NCBI GenBank assembly: GCA_964650545.1
Contig: CAZYTZ010000003.1
Location: forward strand, 1 to 46,096
Origin: Candidatus Micrarchaeota archaeon
Lineage (GTDB): Archaea; Micrarchaeota; Micrarchaeia; Anstonellales; Anstonellaceae
Reading direction: 5' to 3'
DNA: 46,096 nt
Each line of letters opens with the position of its first letter. Within the stretch, counting starts at the first letter, position 1. The notes below the pieces were generated by a model, which was not told the origin of the DNA, did not search any database, and worked only from the letters and a program-made list of their open reading frames with translations. Positions 18,289 through 27,012 of this stretch are shown here, in pieces. The position numbers and the translations under genes were made by a program.

Positions 18289-18981
18289 CTACTCCCGCAC
18301 GTGCTTGCGCACATACTCCTCAATCTCTCCAAATCCTATTGCGCAGCCAGAGTACTTGAGCTTGTAAAGCGAAGCCTCAACAGCGTCGCGCTCAAGCCCC
18401 TTGTAATCGGAAAAATAGCCCTTTTCATAGGCAAGAAGCGCAAGCTCGCCTGAGCGGAAGAACCTCAGCCTCTTGGTTGCGCGGGAAAAAAGCGACAAGT
18501 TCTTCTCATTGATGTCAACCGGCTTTCCCAGCTCGTGCTCGACGTGCTGCCTCAGCGACTCAGGATCCTCGACAAGCATGCGGCATGTTCTCTCATCCAT
18601 GAGCAAATTGTCCACGCCAATCTCAAGCGCAAGGGAAATCACGTCCGACTCCCCTCTGTGCAGCAGCCTTATGGGCGTGCCGCCTGAGAAAAACAGGTTG
18701 TTTGCAGCAAACATCAGCTCCTCTGCCTTCTTTTCCTGCTTTCCTTCCACGACGTCAATCATGCCCTCGGCAATGGCCCGCTTCAGGCGTATGGCGTGAA
18801 GCGCGTAGTTTTTCATGTGCAGCGGCCGCTCTACGCACTCTTTCTCCACCGAGGGGGGGATTATGAAGCGGCCGCTGTACTTTTTCTTCAGGAAATAAAT
18901 GACATGGACAAAGCACGAGTCCGTAAGCGAGATTAGCGAGGAAGCATCGCACACGATGGATTGCCCTGATAGCTTTGCCAC
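18289..18981 (-). CDS. PIN-domain protein (COG2405/DUF3368-like)
   Basis: CDASSLI, PPSVEKE, LHRGESDVISLA and LLMDERT PIN acidic motifs. Confidence 0.78.
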   Translation of the reverse strand: MAKLSGQSIVCDASSLISLTDSCFVHVIYFLKKKYSGRFIIPPSVEKECVERPLHMKNYALHAIRLKRAIAEGMIDVVEGKQEKKAEELMFAANNLFFSGGTPIRLLHRGESDVISLALEIGVDNLLMDERTCRMLVEDPESLRQHVEHELGKPVDINEKNLSLFSRATKRLRFFRSGELALLAYEKGYFSDYKGLERDAVEASLYKLKYSGCAIGFGEIEEYVRKHVRE

Positions 18982-18996
18982 AAAATCACAACGTTG

Positions 18997-19548
18997 TCAC
19001 GTGAATATCTCGCGCAATTCCTTCATTCTCCCCTCTATGCTTTTCTTCTCGTGCAATCTATCAAACATCATGGTCTGCCCTGCGTAAAGCATGAGCTCGC
19101 GCTTGTCAGAGCCGGTTATCTCCGACGCATTGCCAAGCGATATTCCCTGCGCGTAGAGGGTGGAGGCGATTTTCAGGCGCGCTTTTTGCAGTATGCCCTT
19201 CACAAACCGCCTGTCCTGGTCATCCACCCTTTCCATTGCCGACAGTATCCTGCCCTGCGTCAGGACGAGTGTATCATATTCTGCAGCTTTTGCCTGCGCC
19301 TCGCAGCTGCGCAGCAGATTGTTCACTGCAACAAGCGAGCTTCTCGCTTTTTCATGCTTGAGGTAGCGGGGCTTGGAAAGTATTTTGGCAAGGACATATG
19401 TCACAAGCGCATAGTTGTACGTCGGCTGCTGGAAGCGCAGCGCAGTCTCTGCAATGCACCGTTCGTTGATTTTCCTCATGGCGCGCACGTCGTGGTTGCG
19501 CAGTGCCGAGCCTATCAGCACCGCGGTTTCTGAGAGCGACAATGCCAT
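18997..19548 (-). CDS. Helical protein with C-terminal UPF0175-like HTH
   Basis: ASTLYAQGISLGNASEITG resembles the UPF0175 LY..G.ISLG.AAEL.G motif; directly upstream of the PIN gene. Confidence 0.6.
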   Translation of the reverse strand: MALSLSETAVLIGSALRNHDVRAMRKINERCIAETALRFQQPTYNYALVTYVLAKILSKPRYLKHEKARSSLVAVNNLLRSCEAQAKAAEYDTLVLTQGRILSAMERVDDQDRRFVKGILQKARLKIASTLYAQGISLGNASEITGSDKRELMLYAGQTMMFDRLHEKKSIEGRMKELREIFT

Positions 19549-19628
19549 GCAAATGCACCATTTTGTTTCAAAAAAAGAGTTTTCGCGTCATTTTTTTGCC
19601 CCTTTTTCACGCCGGAGAAGCGTAGGGC

Positions 19629-19679
19629 TTTATATACATTATCATGATAAGGTCATGACAACAACAAAGCAATGTCATG
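19629..19679. promoter_or_regulatory. TATA box with clustered TCATGA/TGTCA palindromes (candidate operator)
   Basis: tttatata 19629-36; ttatcatgataa 19639-50; gtcatgac 19652-59; catgaca-N12-tgtcatg 19654-79. Confidence 0.55.
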
Positions 19680-19738
19680 TGCCTGTCAAGATTGGCAAGC
19701 GAATGAAAGGAACGCAATTGTTCCAGGCAGATGATGAC

Positions 19739-20284
19739 ATGAAACGCGAGGAAAATTATAAAGGTATCGATGATGCGCGTTCTGAGCGTCAGAACGCATC
19801 GCGCAACTCCGGCGGAGTTGGCGAAGGGTCGGGAAAGCAGGCAATCGAAGAGCTAAGACACGAGGTGCTCTCGCCGCTGGAGAACGACATTGCAAAGCTT
19901 CGCGACCCTGTAGTGCTTGCGGCGCTCATGCACACTGCGGCAACAGAGCGGGAAAACACCAACAGGCTGCTCAAAACGCTGATAGAGAAACTGGACATGA
20001 AGTTCACAGAAGTGGAAGACAAGATAAATGCCCTCGAGGCGGCGCAAAAGGCGGCGCAGAAGCCGACCGCCGCGCCCCGCGGGGATGAAGTGCTCCTCCC
20101 GTCTGTGGACGAGGGGATATTGAAGTTCGTGCGCGAGAAGCGACACGTGTCCGCCGAGCAAGTTCGCAGGCGCTTTGGCTACAAGGGAAGAAACGCGGCA
20201 TCCGCGCGCCTATCCCGCATGTATGACCTGGGCCTGCTTGAGAAAAAGCAGGTTGGCAGGGCAGTATTGTACTGCGTCAGGTAA
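19739..20284 (+). CDS. Coiled-coil plus C-terminal winged-HTH protein
   Basis: Heptad region then ILKFV..SAEQV..NAASARLSRMYDLGLLEKKQVGRAVLY wHTH; start uncertain (19655, 19703 or 19739). Confidence 0.75.
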   Translation: MKREENYKGIDDARSERQNASRNSGGVGEGSGKQAIEELRHEVLSPLENDIAKLRDPVVLAALMHTAATERENTNRLLKTLIEKLDMKFTEVEDKINALEAAQKAAQKPTAAPRGDEVLLPSVDEGILKFVREKRHVSAEQVRRRFGYKGRNAASARLSRMYDLGLLEKKQVGRAVLYCVR

Positions 20285-20297
20285 TTCACAAATCACG

Positions 20298-20476
20298 CTT
20301 GCTAAGAAGCAAGGCGACCAATTGTCCGGATTCTTGCAAATCCGGACCAAAAATGAGCGGCGGCGTCTCAGGCGCTCACGCGCCCGCATTCGCCGCTTTC
20401 ATATTTTTGGAGAACTCATGGGGGCGCCGTTATTCACCTCCCACACCCTACTTTTTTGCGCCCCCGTTCTCCAAAA
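20298..20476. ncRNA. Candidate structured RNA or palindromic element (four consecutive hairpins)
   Basis: Perfect stems cttgct/agcaag, gtccggatt/aatccggac, agcggcg/cgccgct, ttttggagaac/gttctccaaaa with gggggcgc/gcgccccc. Confidence 0.4.
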
Positions 20477-20532
20477 TCCATGCCCGTCAGCGCGCGCCTC
20501 AAATTATAAATCTTGCCCGAGAAGTTGGCAGC

Positions 20533-21432
20533 ATGGACGACCGCACAGTAATCATCTCCAGCCAGGAACTTGTGGACCACACCGTCCTTACGAGGAAAAA
20601 AAACGAGCTTGCCTTCAAGCGCGACGTTCTTCTCCGCTCAGGCGCAAAAGCCGGTGACCTGCACCTGCGAACTGTTGAGGGCGAGCTTGCGCTGGTGGGC
20701 GACAAGCTCTCCCCATTGGAGGGCAAGCTGTCAGAGCTTGACATGATAACAGTATTGCCGCACCGCAAGGAAATCGGCGAGTACACGTCGCAGATAAACC
20801 AGTTCTCGCGCCCCGAGCTTGACATCGCCGTGAAAAACAAGAGCGGCACTGCTTATGACCTCATGCGCAAGCGCGCGTTTCTGGTGAAAGGGAATTTTGA
20901 GCGCCGCGAGGACATTGCGCGGCTCACAATCATGCTCAACAGCATGCCGCGCAAGGACGCGGAGTCCATCCGCTCACTCATAGAAGAAGGGGCAGGGGAC
21001 GACGCTGATGTCTCGTTTTTGCCGAAGGAAAAGCAGCAAGAGCTCCTCAATCTCTCCTCGCGCATCGGCAGGCAGTGCTGCGTGTTTGCCGGGAGCTTTT
21101 CCCTGGATAAAAAAAAAGCTGAATCTTCCGAGCTGAAGCCAACTGACGAGGTCTCGCGCACAATTGCCAACGGCAGGTCAGTGTGGGTCGACGCCCCAAA
21201 GGCATTTGAGTTTGACGCGAACGAAAAGGAACTGGCATTGCTCCTTGCAAAAATGCAGGCGAAAAACGCGGAAAAGCAGGCGCGCAGCCTGAATGAGGAA
21301 GAGCTGGTCTACCTCGACAAGCTGCAGGCCGACTATTTGGCAGCGCGCAACCGCCGTGCCACGCTCGTGAAGGGGATGGAGCTTGGCGAAACCGCGAAGG
21401 TGTACAGGAAAAGGCTGCATGGAGAGTTCTAG
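20533..21432 (+). CDS. Hypothetical helical protein with host-like codon usage
   Basis: TATA ttataaa at 20504-10 puts the probable start at ATG 20533. Confidence 0.75.
   Translation: MDDRTVIISSQELVDHTVLTRKKNELAFKRDVLLRSGAKAGDLHLRTVEGELALVGDKLSPLEGKLSELDMITVLPHRKEIGEYTSQINQFSRPELDIAVKNKSGTAYDLMRKRAFLVKGNFERREDIARLTIMLNSMPRKDAESIRSLIEEGAGDDADVSFLPKEKQQELLNLSSRIGRQCCVFAGSFSLDKKKAESSELKPTDEVSRTIANGRSVWVDAPKAFEFDANEKELALLLAKMQAKNAEKQARSLNEEELVYLDKLQADYLAARNRRATLVKGMELGETAKVYRKRLHGEF
21381..21432 (+). repeat. Gene 3' end, repeat copy 1
   Basis: 42/52 ungapped identity to 22589-22640. Confidence 0.9.
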
Positions 21433-21488
21433 TTTTCCCAGGCAGTTATGGTAGCAGTTTTTATATCTTTGTGGATATATTTTTTAGC

Positions 21489-22580
21489 ATGTTGACGTTT
21501 ACACGCAAGCATGCGCCACACTTCTCTCCTGAAAAAACCGCAAGGAATAAGCTTCGCAATATCTTTCGAAGCAAACATGTGCTTTACGAGGACAGGCTGA
21601 TTTGCGTCGCATCTTACGTATCCACAACTACCAACCTTCCGGCGGGTCACCGCGGCATCACGATTGTCGAGATTGCAGACCTTCATCTCCGGGAGCCAAT
21701 GTACAAGGAGCCTTCCAAGCCCTACTCCCCGGACAGGCTGGATAAGCTTCTTGGCTGGCGCGGCAATGACGGTAAAAACCGGCTTGACAGACTGCTTGGA
21801 AGGAATGGCAAGCCGGAACTTCGCAACACCAACCACTTTGACAGGCTCATAAAAAAACAGCTTGAGCATACCATCGCAATGCTGCAAAAGCTCCCGGCGC
21901 TTCTGCAGGAAAATGGCAAATCCCCCGACGTCGTGCTTCTTACCGGGGATTTTATCTCCCGCAACTCAAAGGACATCACGCCGCAAGCGCAGGTCGCACT
22001 CTCCAATCTTTTCACCGCTGCGTCCATCCGAGCATACGTCCTTGGCAATACCGACTATGCGAAGGGCAGCACTCTGGAAGAGCGTGCACGCGAAACCGGA
22101 AATATAATTCAAAAGATTGATTCCGCGGGGTTTGCCAACCTCACAAATGCGCTTTTGCAGGTGAAGGTGGGCGGTGCATCTGTCAGCGTAGTCGGCGTGG
22201 ATGACTACAACAAAGGCAAGCCGCGCCAGCCCGCAATTCCCAGCACAAGCGAACCAAACCTTGTGCTTGTAGCACTCCACAACCTCGACGCACTCACAAA
22301 GGAATGCCTCAAGAATGCATCTGCCATTTTCTCGGGCCACACGCACGGGGGTGAGTTCCGTCTGCTCTTCGGTCTTTTTACCGGGTTTCCCCTCCTGCGC
22401 AAGAAAGGAACATACAAGAACCTCAACGGGCAGACAAACGAGCTAAAGATTTTCCCTGAAGGGCATTTTCCCCTCTCGTTGATGTCATGGGGCGTTGGCA
22501 GGTACCTTTTCTGGCGCACCGGGGTGGCCAAGGGGCACATAAACGTCGTAACGCTCGTCCCTGAGGGGCAGCGCCCATAA
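21489..22580 (+). CDS. Divergent calcineurin-like metallophosphoesterase (YkuE-like) orphan
   Basis: ADLH, LTGDF, LGNTD (usually GNHD), GVDD, LHN, SGHTHGG; TATA tttatat at 21460-66. Confidence 0.8.
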   Translation: MLTFTRKHAPHFSPEKTARNKLRNIFRSKHVLYEDRLICVASYVSTTTNLPAGHRGITIVEIADLHLREPMYKEPSKPYSPDRLDKLLGWRGNDGKNRLDRLLGRNGKPELRNTNHFDRLIKKQLEHTIAMLQKLPALLQENGKSPDVVLLTGDFISRNSKDITPQAQVALSNLFTAASIRAYVLGNTDYAKGSTLEERARETGNIIQKIDSAGFANLTNALLQVKVGGASVSVVGVDDYNKGKPRQPAIPSTSEPNLVLVALHNLDALTKECLKNASAIFSGHTHGGEFRLLFGLFTGFPLLRKKGTYKNLNGQTNELKIFPEGHFPLSLMSWGVGRYLFWRTGVAKGHINVVTLVPEGQRP

Positions 22581-22588
22581 AATTGCGG

Positions 22589-22640
22589 GCTTGCCGAAAC
22601 CGTGAAAGTCTACAAGAAAAGGCCACCGGCAGAGTTCTAG
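22589..22640 (+). pseudogene. Displaced degenerate copy of the 3' end of gene 20533-21432
   Basis: Translates LAETVKVYKKRPPAEF* versus LGETAKVYRKRLHGEF*; 42/52 nt identical, same TAG stop. Confidence 0.85.
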
Positions 22641-22714
22641 CTTTTGCCTCTCCACCTCTGCCATCTTTTTATAACCTTCGCAGCAGACTTTGCCTATCAG
22701 AAAGGGGTGTGAAA

Positions 22715-23524
22715 ATGGGCAAGCAGCTTTTTGCAGAGCCACTCGGGATCAAACCGCCAAGCAGGCAACAGAGGCTCCACCGCCGAATATGGTCAAGAGA
22801 GATTCTGCCTTTTTCTTCCCCTGAAAATGAGGGGCTTAACGCGATTGGTCGGCACCCGGGAAACAAGTGGCCACAGAAGGCATCGCTTTCCCGTGCTTTG
22901 GCAGCGCGCATGCTTACGGAAAAATACATGCAGGATTTCAATGCCCAGAAGAATTTCCTTACAAAAGAGGAAAAGGACAAACTTGCAGCAAAAACTGTGG
23001 GCGCTGCTTTCACCACCGTGTCATATTTCAATGAAGCTGCCCGGAGCGGCAGGTTTGCCGGCGCGCTTTTCAGGCAGGCAAGGGGCCGTGCATATTACGC
23101 GCTGTACAAGGCGTTTGCACACTGCCTTGGCACTCCTTTTGGGACGATGGAGCCGCTGGACGTTGCAATAAGGCTCGCCTCTCCCAAAGACAGGCAGGAA
23201 TGGCTCTTGGAGCGCGGAGCCATCTACTTCAGGCACTGGCAATACAATGAAGCCATTGCCGACTACGAACGTGCGCTTTCTATAAAAGGGGAGCTTGACA
23301 GCAGCGTGATTCGCCTTTTGCTTGGTGTGTGCCACGTGCAGTCGTGCAGTCTGCAAAAAGGAGCTTCAATCATTGAAGAGGCGTTTTCAGCCAAGTTAAA
23401 GGACAAAAAGATGGCGGGCGATGCATACCTGCCATTCCTAAAGGCGCTTCAAACATTGTCTGAGCGGGGCTTGACTGGAAAAGCCGAGGAACTGATGGCA
23501 AGATGGCATGGGTGGAAGCCCTGA
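22715..23524 (+). CDS. TPR-containing orphan protein
   Basis: LERGAIYF...QYNEAIADYERALSI TPR consensus; GGGGTG SD and tttttataa TATA upstream. Confidence 0.7.
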   Translation: MGKQLFAEPLGIKPPSRQQRLHRRIWSREILPFSSPENEGLNAIGRHPGNKWPQKASLSRALAARMLTEKYMQDFNAQKNFLTKEEKDKLAAKTVGAAFTTVSYFNEAARSGRFAGALFRQARGRAYYALYKAFAHCLGTPFGTMEPLDVAIRLASPKDRQEWLLERGAIYFRHWQYNEAIADYERALSIKGELDSSVIRLLLGVCHVQSCSLQKGASIIEEAFSAKLKDKKMAGDAYLPFLKALQTLSERGLTGKAEELMARWHGWKP

Positions 23525-23589
23525 TGCAAATGTTTGCACGCCGTTCCTCCGGGAAGGAACGTTTATAAACCCTTGTCTCAGTAATAGAG

Positions 23590-23814
23590 CCCACTTCTTC
23601 CTTTCTCAGAAAGGCAAGATGACACTCACTGCCCCGCCGTTGGATTGGAGCTTCGCTCCAATGCTGAAAAAATCGCCCGTGCGATTTTTCCATGGCACCG
23701 CGTAGTGAATCATTGCTGGCAGCATTGTTCGGCAAGCATCAAGTTAGATATTAGACAGGGATTTTGATCGCCGCCTCGCAAGAGGCGGTGATAATTTCCC
23801 AACGGGGAAATAAC
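23590..23814 (+). promoter_or_regulatory. Long structured 5' leader of the ribosomal protein operon
   Basis: TATA tttataaa 23562-69; multibranch stem 23619-23713 enclosing two hairpins; GCAA-tetraloop hairpin 23767-23792. Confidence 0.55.
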
Positions 23815-24759
23815 ATGGGAAAGAGAACAGCGCACAGGCACGGATCGATTGCATTCCGCCCCCGCAAGCGCGCGCTTTCGCAAGTGGCAACAGTGCGGTG
23901 CTGGCCGGAGCTATCCGACAAAAAGCTGTGCGGGTTTGCAGGCTACAAGGCAGGCATGACCCATATTACATATATAGATGACACCGAGTCGCCATCCAAG
24001 GGCAGCGAAGTGTACGCATCAACAACCGTGGTGGAGTGCCCGCCCATGACTATTTTTGGCGTGCGCGGGTACAAGAAAGGCCGCAATGTCCCCGACATGA
24101 TAACTCCTGATGAAAAAATCCTGAAGATGCTTGGAATTTCAAAGAAAAAGGATGGAAAGTTTTCTGCTTCTGATGTTGACGATGTTTTTGTTCTCGCTTT
24201 CACCCGCCCTGAAATGACCGGGATGGGAAAGAAAACCCCTGAGAGGATGGAAATCTCCGTTGGCGGCAAGGACATTGCCGAAAAGCTTGAGTACGCGCTA
24301 ACGCTCCTCGGAAAGGAAGTCAAGGCATCAGAGGTTTTCAAGCCAGGCGAATTCCTCGACGCAATCGCAATCACAAAAGGCAAGGGCTGGCAGGGAACTG
24401 TCAAGAAGTTCGGCACTGCGGTGCAGCGCCGCAAGGCAACAGGCAAGCGCAGGCACATCGGAACGCTTGGCGCCTGGAGCCCAGGCTATGTGATGTACAC
24501 AGTTCCAAGGCCCGGCCAGATGGGCTACCACAAGAGGACTGAGGTTAACAAGAGGATAATGAAGATGGGTGAAGCTGGCGAGATAAACCCGGCAGGCGGC
24601 TTCACGCACTATGGAGTGCTCAAGAACGAATACATATTGGTCAAAGGCTCGCTCGCAGGCCCGCAAAAGCGCCTGATCCGCTTCAGGCGCGCAGTGCGCA
24701 TAAGCGCAGCGCCCAAGGTGCCAGAGATAAAGTACGTTTCTATGGAGTCAAAGCAGTAA
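23815..24759 (+). CDS. rpl3: 50S ribosomal protein L3 (uL3)
   Basis: RHGSIAFRPRKRA, GYKAGMTH, TKGKGWQG, GQMGYHKRTE. Confidence 0.96.
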   Translation: MGKRTAHRHGSIAFRPRKRALSQVATVRCWPELSDKKLCGFAGYKAGMTHITYIDDTESPSKGSEVYASTTVVECPPMTIFGVRGYKKGRNVPDMITPDEKILKMLGISKKKDGKFSASDVDDVFVLAFTRPEMTGMGKKTPERMEISVGGKDIAEKLEYALTLLGKEVKASEVFKPGEFLDAIAITKGKGWQGTVKKFGTAVQRRKATGKRRHIGTLGAWSPGYVMYTVPRPGQMGYHKRTEVNKRIMKMGEAGEINPAGGFTHYGVLKNEYILVKGSLAGPQKRLIRFRRAVRISAAPKVPEIKYVSMESKQ

Positions 24760-24768
24760 GTGATTTTC

Positions 24769-25551
24769 ATGAAAGCTCAAATCTACGCAACGGACGGGAA
24801 AGCATCAGGCGAAGTGGAGCTGCCCTCCCAATTCTCGGCAGACGTCAGGCCTGACCTTATTGCCCGCGCGGCAATCTCAGACCAGACCAAGCGCTACCAG
24901 CCCAAGGGAAACGACCCGCGCGCAGGAATGGAAACATCCGCGCGCTACAGGGGCAGGAAGGAGGATTTTGGCTCTGGAAAGAACAAGGGAACCGCCATCC
25001 GCCCGCGCGAAGTCCTTCCCAAGGGAAGATTGGGGAAAGTAAAAAGGATTCCGTCTGCAGTGAAGGGAAGGCGCGCGCACCCGCCGCACGTGAACAAGAT
25101 CATAATCGAGCAGATAAACAAGAAGGAATACCGCGTCGCCCTCATCTCGGCAATCGCGGCAACCGCGCACAAGTCCTATGTGGAGGCGCGCGGCCACAAG
25201 GTGGCAATCGCGCTCCCAATCGTGCTTGACAATTCATTCGAGGCGGTGTCAAAAACGGCAGACGTGCACAAAACGCTCTCAATGCTCATCAAAGACGATC
25301 TCGCCCGCTGCCTCAAGCCAAAGCTCCGCACAGGAGTGCGCAAGCGCAAGGGCGGCAGGACATACCCGCGCTCCGCGATAATTGCAGTCTCGGCAGACGC
25401 TCCGGTGCTTCGCGCGGCAAGGAACATTCCGGGCATTGAAGTGGTAAAAGTATCAGACCTCACGGTTGAAAGGCTCGCGCCTGGCGCAAAGGCAGGAAGG
25501 CTTGCAATCTACACAAAAGCGGCGCTTGAGCAAATCGCAAAACTAAAGTGA
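24769..25551 (+). CDS. rpl4: 50S ribosomal protein L4 (uL4)
   Basis: VRPDLI, AGMETSA, GRRAHPP, INKKE, LAPG..AGRL. Confidence 0.96.
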   Translation: MKAQIYATDGKASGEVELPSQFSADVRPDLIARAAISDQTKRYQPKGNDPRAGMETSARYRGRKEDFGSGKNKGTAIRPREVLPKGRLGKVKRIPSAVKGRRAHPPHVNKIIIEQINKKEYRVALISAIAATAHKSYVEARGHKVAIALPIVLDNSFEAVSKTADVHKTLSMLIKDDLARCLKPKLRTGVRKRKGGRTYPRSAIIAVSADAPVLRAARNIPGIEVVKVSDLTVERLAPGAKAGRLAIYTKAALEQIAKLK

Positions 25552-25556
25552 TATCC

Positions 25557-25808
25557 ATGGCAATCCTCCAATACCCTGTGACAAACGAGAAGGCGATAGG
25601 CCTGATTGAGCTTAAGAACACGATCACGTTCGTGGTGGACAACAAGGCCACCAAGCCTGAGATAAAAAAGGAAGTGGAGCTGCTGTTCGAGGTGAAAGTC
25701 GCCTCGGTGAACACGCTCATCACGCCGACAGGCAAGAAGCGCGCGTTTGTCAAGCTGAAGGAAGGCTTCAAGGCTGACGACGTTGCAGCGAAACTCAAGA
25801 TTGTATAG
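25557..25808 (+). CDS. rpl23: 50S ribosomal protein L23 (uL23)
   Basis: YPVTNEKA, VNTLIT..GKKRAFVKL. Confidence 0.95.
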   Translation: MAILQYPVTNEKAIGLIELKNTITFVVDNKATKPEIKKEVELLFEVKVASVNTLITPTGKKRAFVKLKEGFKADDVAAKLKIV

Positions 25809-25817
25809 GGTGCGAAA

Positions 25818-26585
25818 ATGGGAAAAATGCTCAAGCAGCAAAGGCGCGGAAAGGGTTCGGTCTCATACCATGCCCCTTCACACCGCTACAAGCACAAGCT
25901 TGCGCTCCGCAAGTATGAGGGTATTGAGAGGGACGGCTCGCTTCGCGGGCAGATCATACGGTTCATAGACGACCCGGCGCGCGGGGCGCTGCTCATGGAA
26001 GTGCTTTTCACCGATGGCAGCAAGACAGCGTTCATCGCGCCCGAAGGCGCGCGCATAGGCGGCGAAATGTACTCTGGCTCACAGGCGCCGGTGGGGCTTG
26101 GCAACTGCCTCCCGCTGTCAAAGATGCCTGAAGGCGCGCCAATATTCAACATCGAGCTTGACCCAGGCGACGGCGGCAAGCTTGTCCGCACGCCCGGCTC
26201 GTACGCAACTCTCGTGTCGCGCGAAAAGAGCAAGGTATATATCAAGCTTCCAAGCAAGCACCAGCTCACGCTTTTCGGGACCTGCCGCGCGCAGCTCGGG
26301 ATAGTGTGCGGCGGGGGCAGGCTTGAAAAGCCCCTCCTCAAGGCAGGGACGAACTTCTACAAGAAGCACGCGCAGAACCGCAAGTGGCCGGTCAACCGCG
26401 GCGTTCACATGTGCCCATACTCCCATCCGTTCGGCGGCAAGCAGCACCACAAGGGCCGCAGCAGCATGACGAACCGCAACGCGCCTCCGGGCAGGAAGGT
26501 GGGCCACATTGCAGCGCGCAGCGTGGGCAGGAAGAAAGCGCATGTTGAGGAAAGCAAGCTCAACGCAGCGAACAAGAGAAAGTGA
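25818..26585 (+). CDS. rpl2: 50S ribosomal protein L2 (uL2)
   Basis: QRRGKGS, DPARGA, HPFGG, PPGRKVGHIAAR. Confidence 0.97.
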   Translation: MGKMLKQQRRGKGSVSYHAPSHRYKHKLALRKYEGIERDGSLRGQIIRFIDDPARGALLMEVLFTDGSKTAFIAPEGARIGGEMYSGSQAPVGLGNCLPLSKMPEGAPIFNIELDPGDGGKLVRTPGSYATLVSREKSKVYIKLPSKHQLTLFGTCRAQLGIVCGGGRLEKPLLKAGTNFYKKHAQNRKWPVNRGVHMCPYSHPFGGKQHHKGRSSMTNRNAPPGRKVGHIAARSVGRKKAHVEESKLNAANKRK

Positions 26586-26598
26586 TTGAGGTTATGCC

Positions 26599-27003
26599 AT
26601 GCCGAGGATTGACAAATATCGCGGGAAGGAAAAGGAAGAGGCTTCCAAGATTACCGCAAGTGAAATGCTTCCCCACCTGACTTCGCGCTCAAGGCGCACG
26701 CTGAAGAGGGCATTGTCAAACAAGTCCATCACGGTCAGGAAGCTCATGAGGAAAGTCACAAAGATAATTGCTGCAGACCCCTCAAAGGTCATCCGCACGC
26801 AGGTGCGCGAGGCGGTCATCATCCCCGAGTGGATGGGCCTGACATTCGCAGTGCACAACGGCAAGGAATGGAAAAACGTCCACATCTCGATTGACAAGCT
26901 GGGCTACAGGCTCGGCGATTTCTCCCACACGACTGGAAGGGTGCTGCACTCAGGTCCTGGAGTGGGGGCAACAAGGGGATCCAAGTTCATCCCGCTCAAG
27001 TAA
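26599..27003 (+). CDS. rps19: 30S ribosomal protein S19 (uS19)
   Basis: VHNGKEW, GPGVGATRGSKFIPLK. Confidence 0.95.
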   Translation: MPRIDKYRGKEKEEASKITASEMLPHLTSRSRRTLKRALSNKSITVRKLMRKVTKIIAADPSKVIRTQVREAVIIPEWMGLTFAVHNGKEWKNVHISIDKLGYRLGDFSHTTGRVLHSGPGVGATRGSKFIPLK

Positions 27004-27012
27004 GTGGTATTC

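Noticed and set aside
20299-20532. 78-aa N-terminal extension of the 377-aa ORF
   Set aside because: TATA at 20504-10 supports a start at 20533 and the region looks like structured non-coding sequence.
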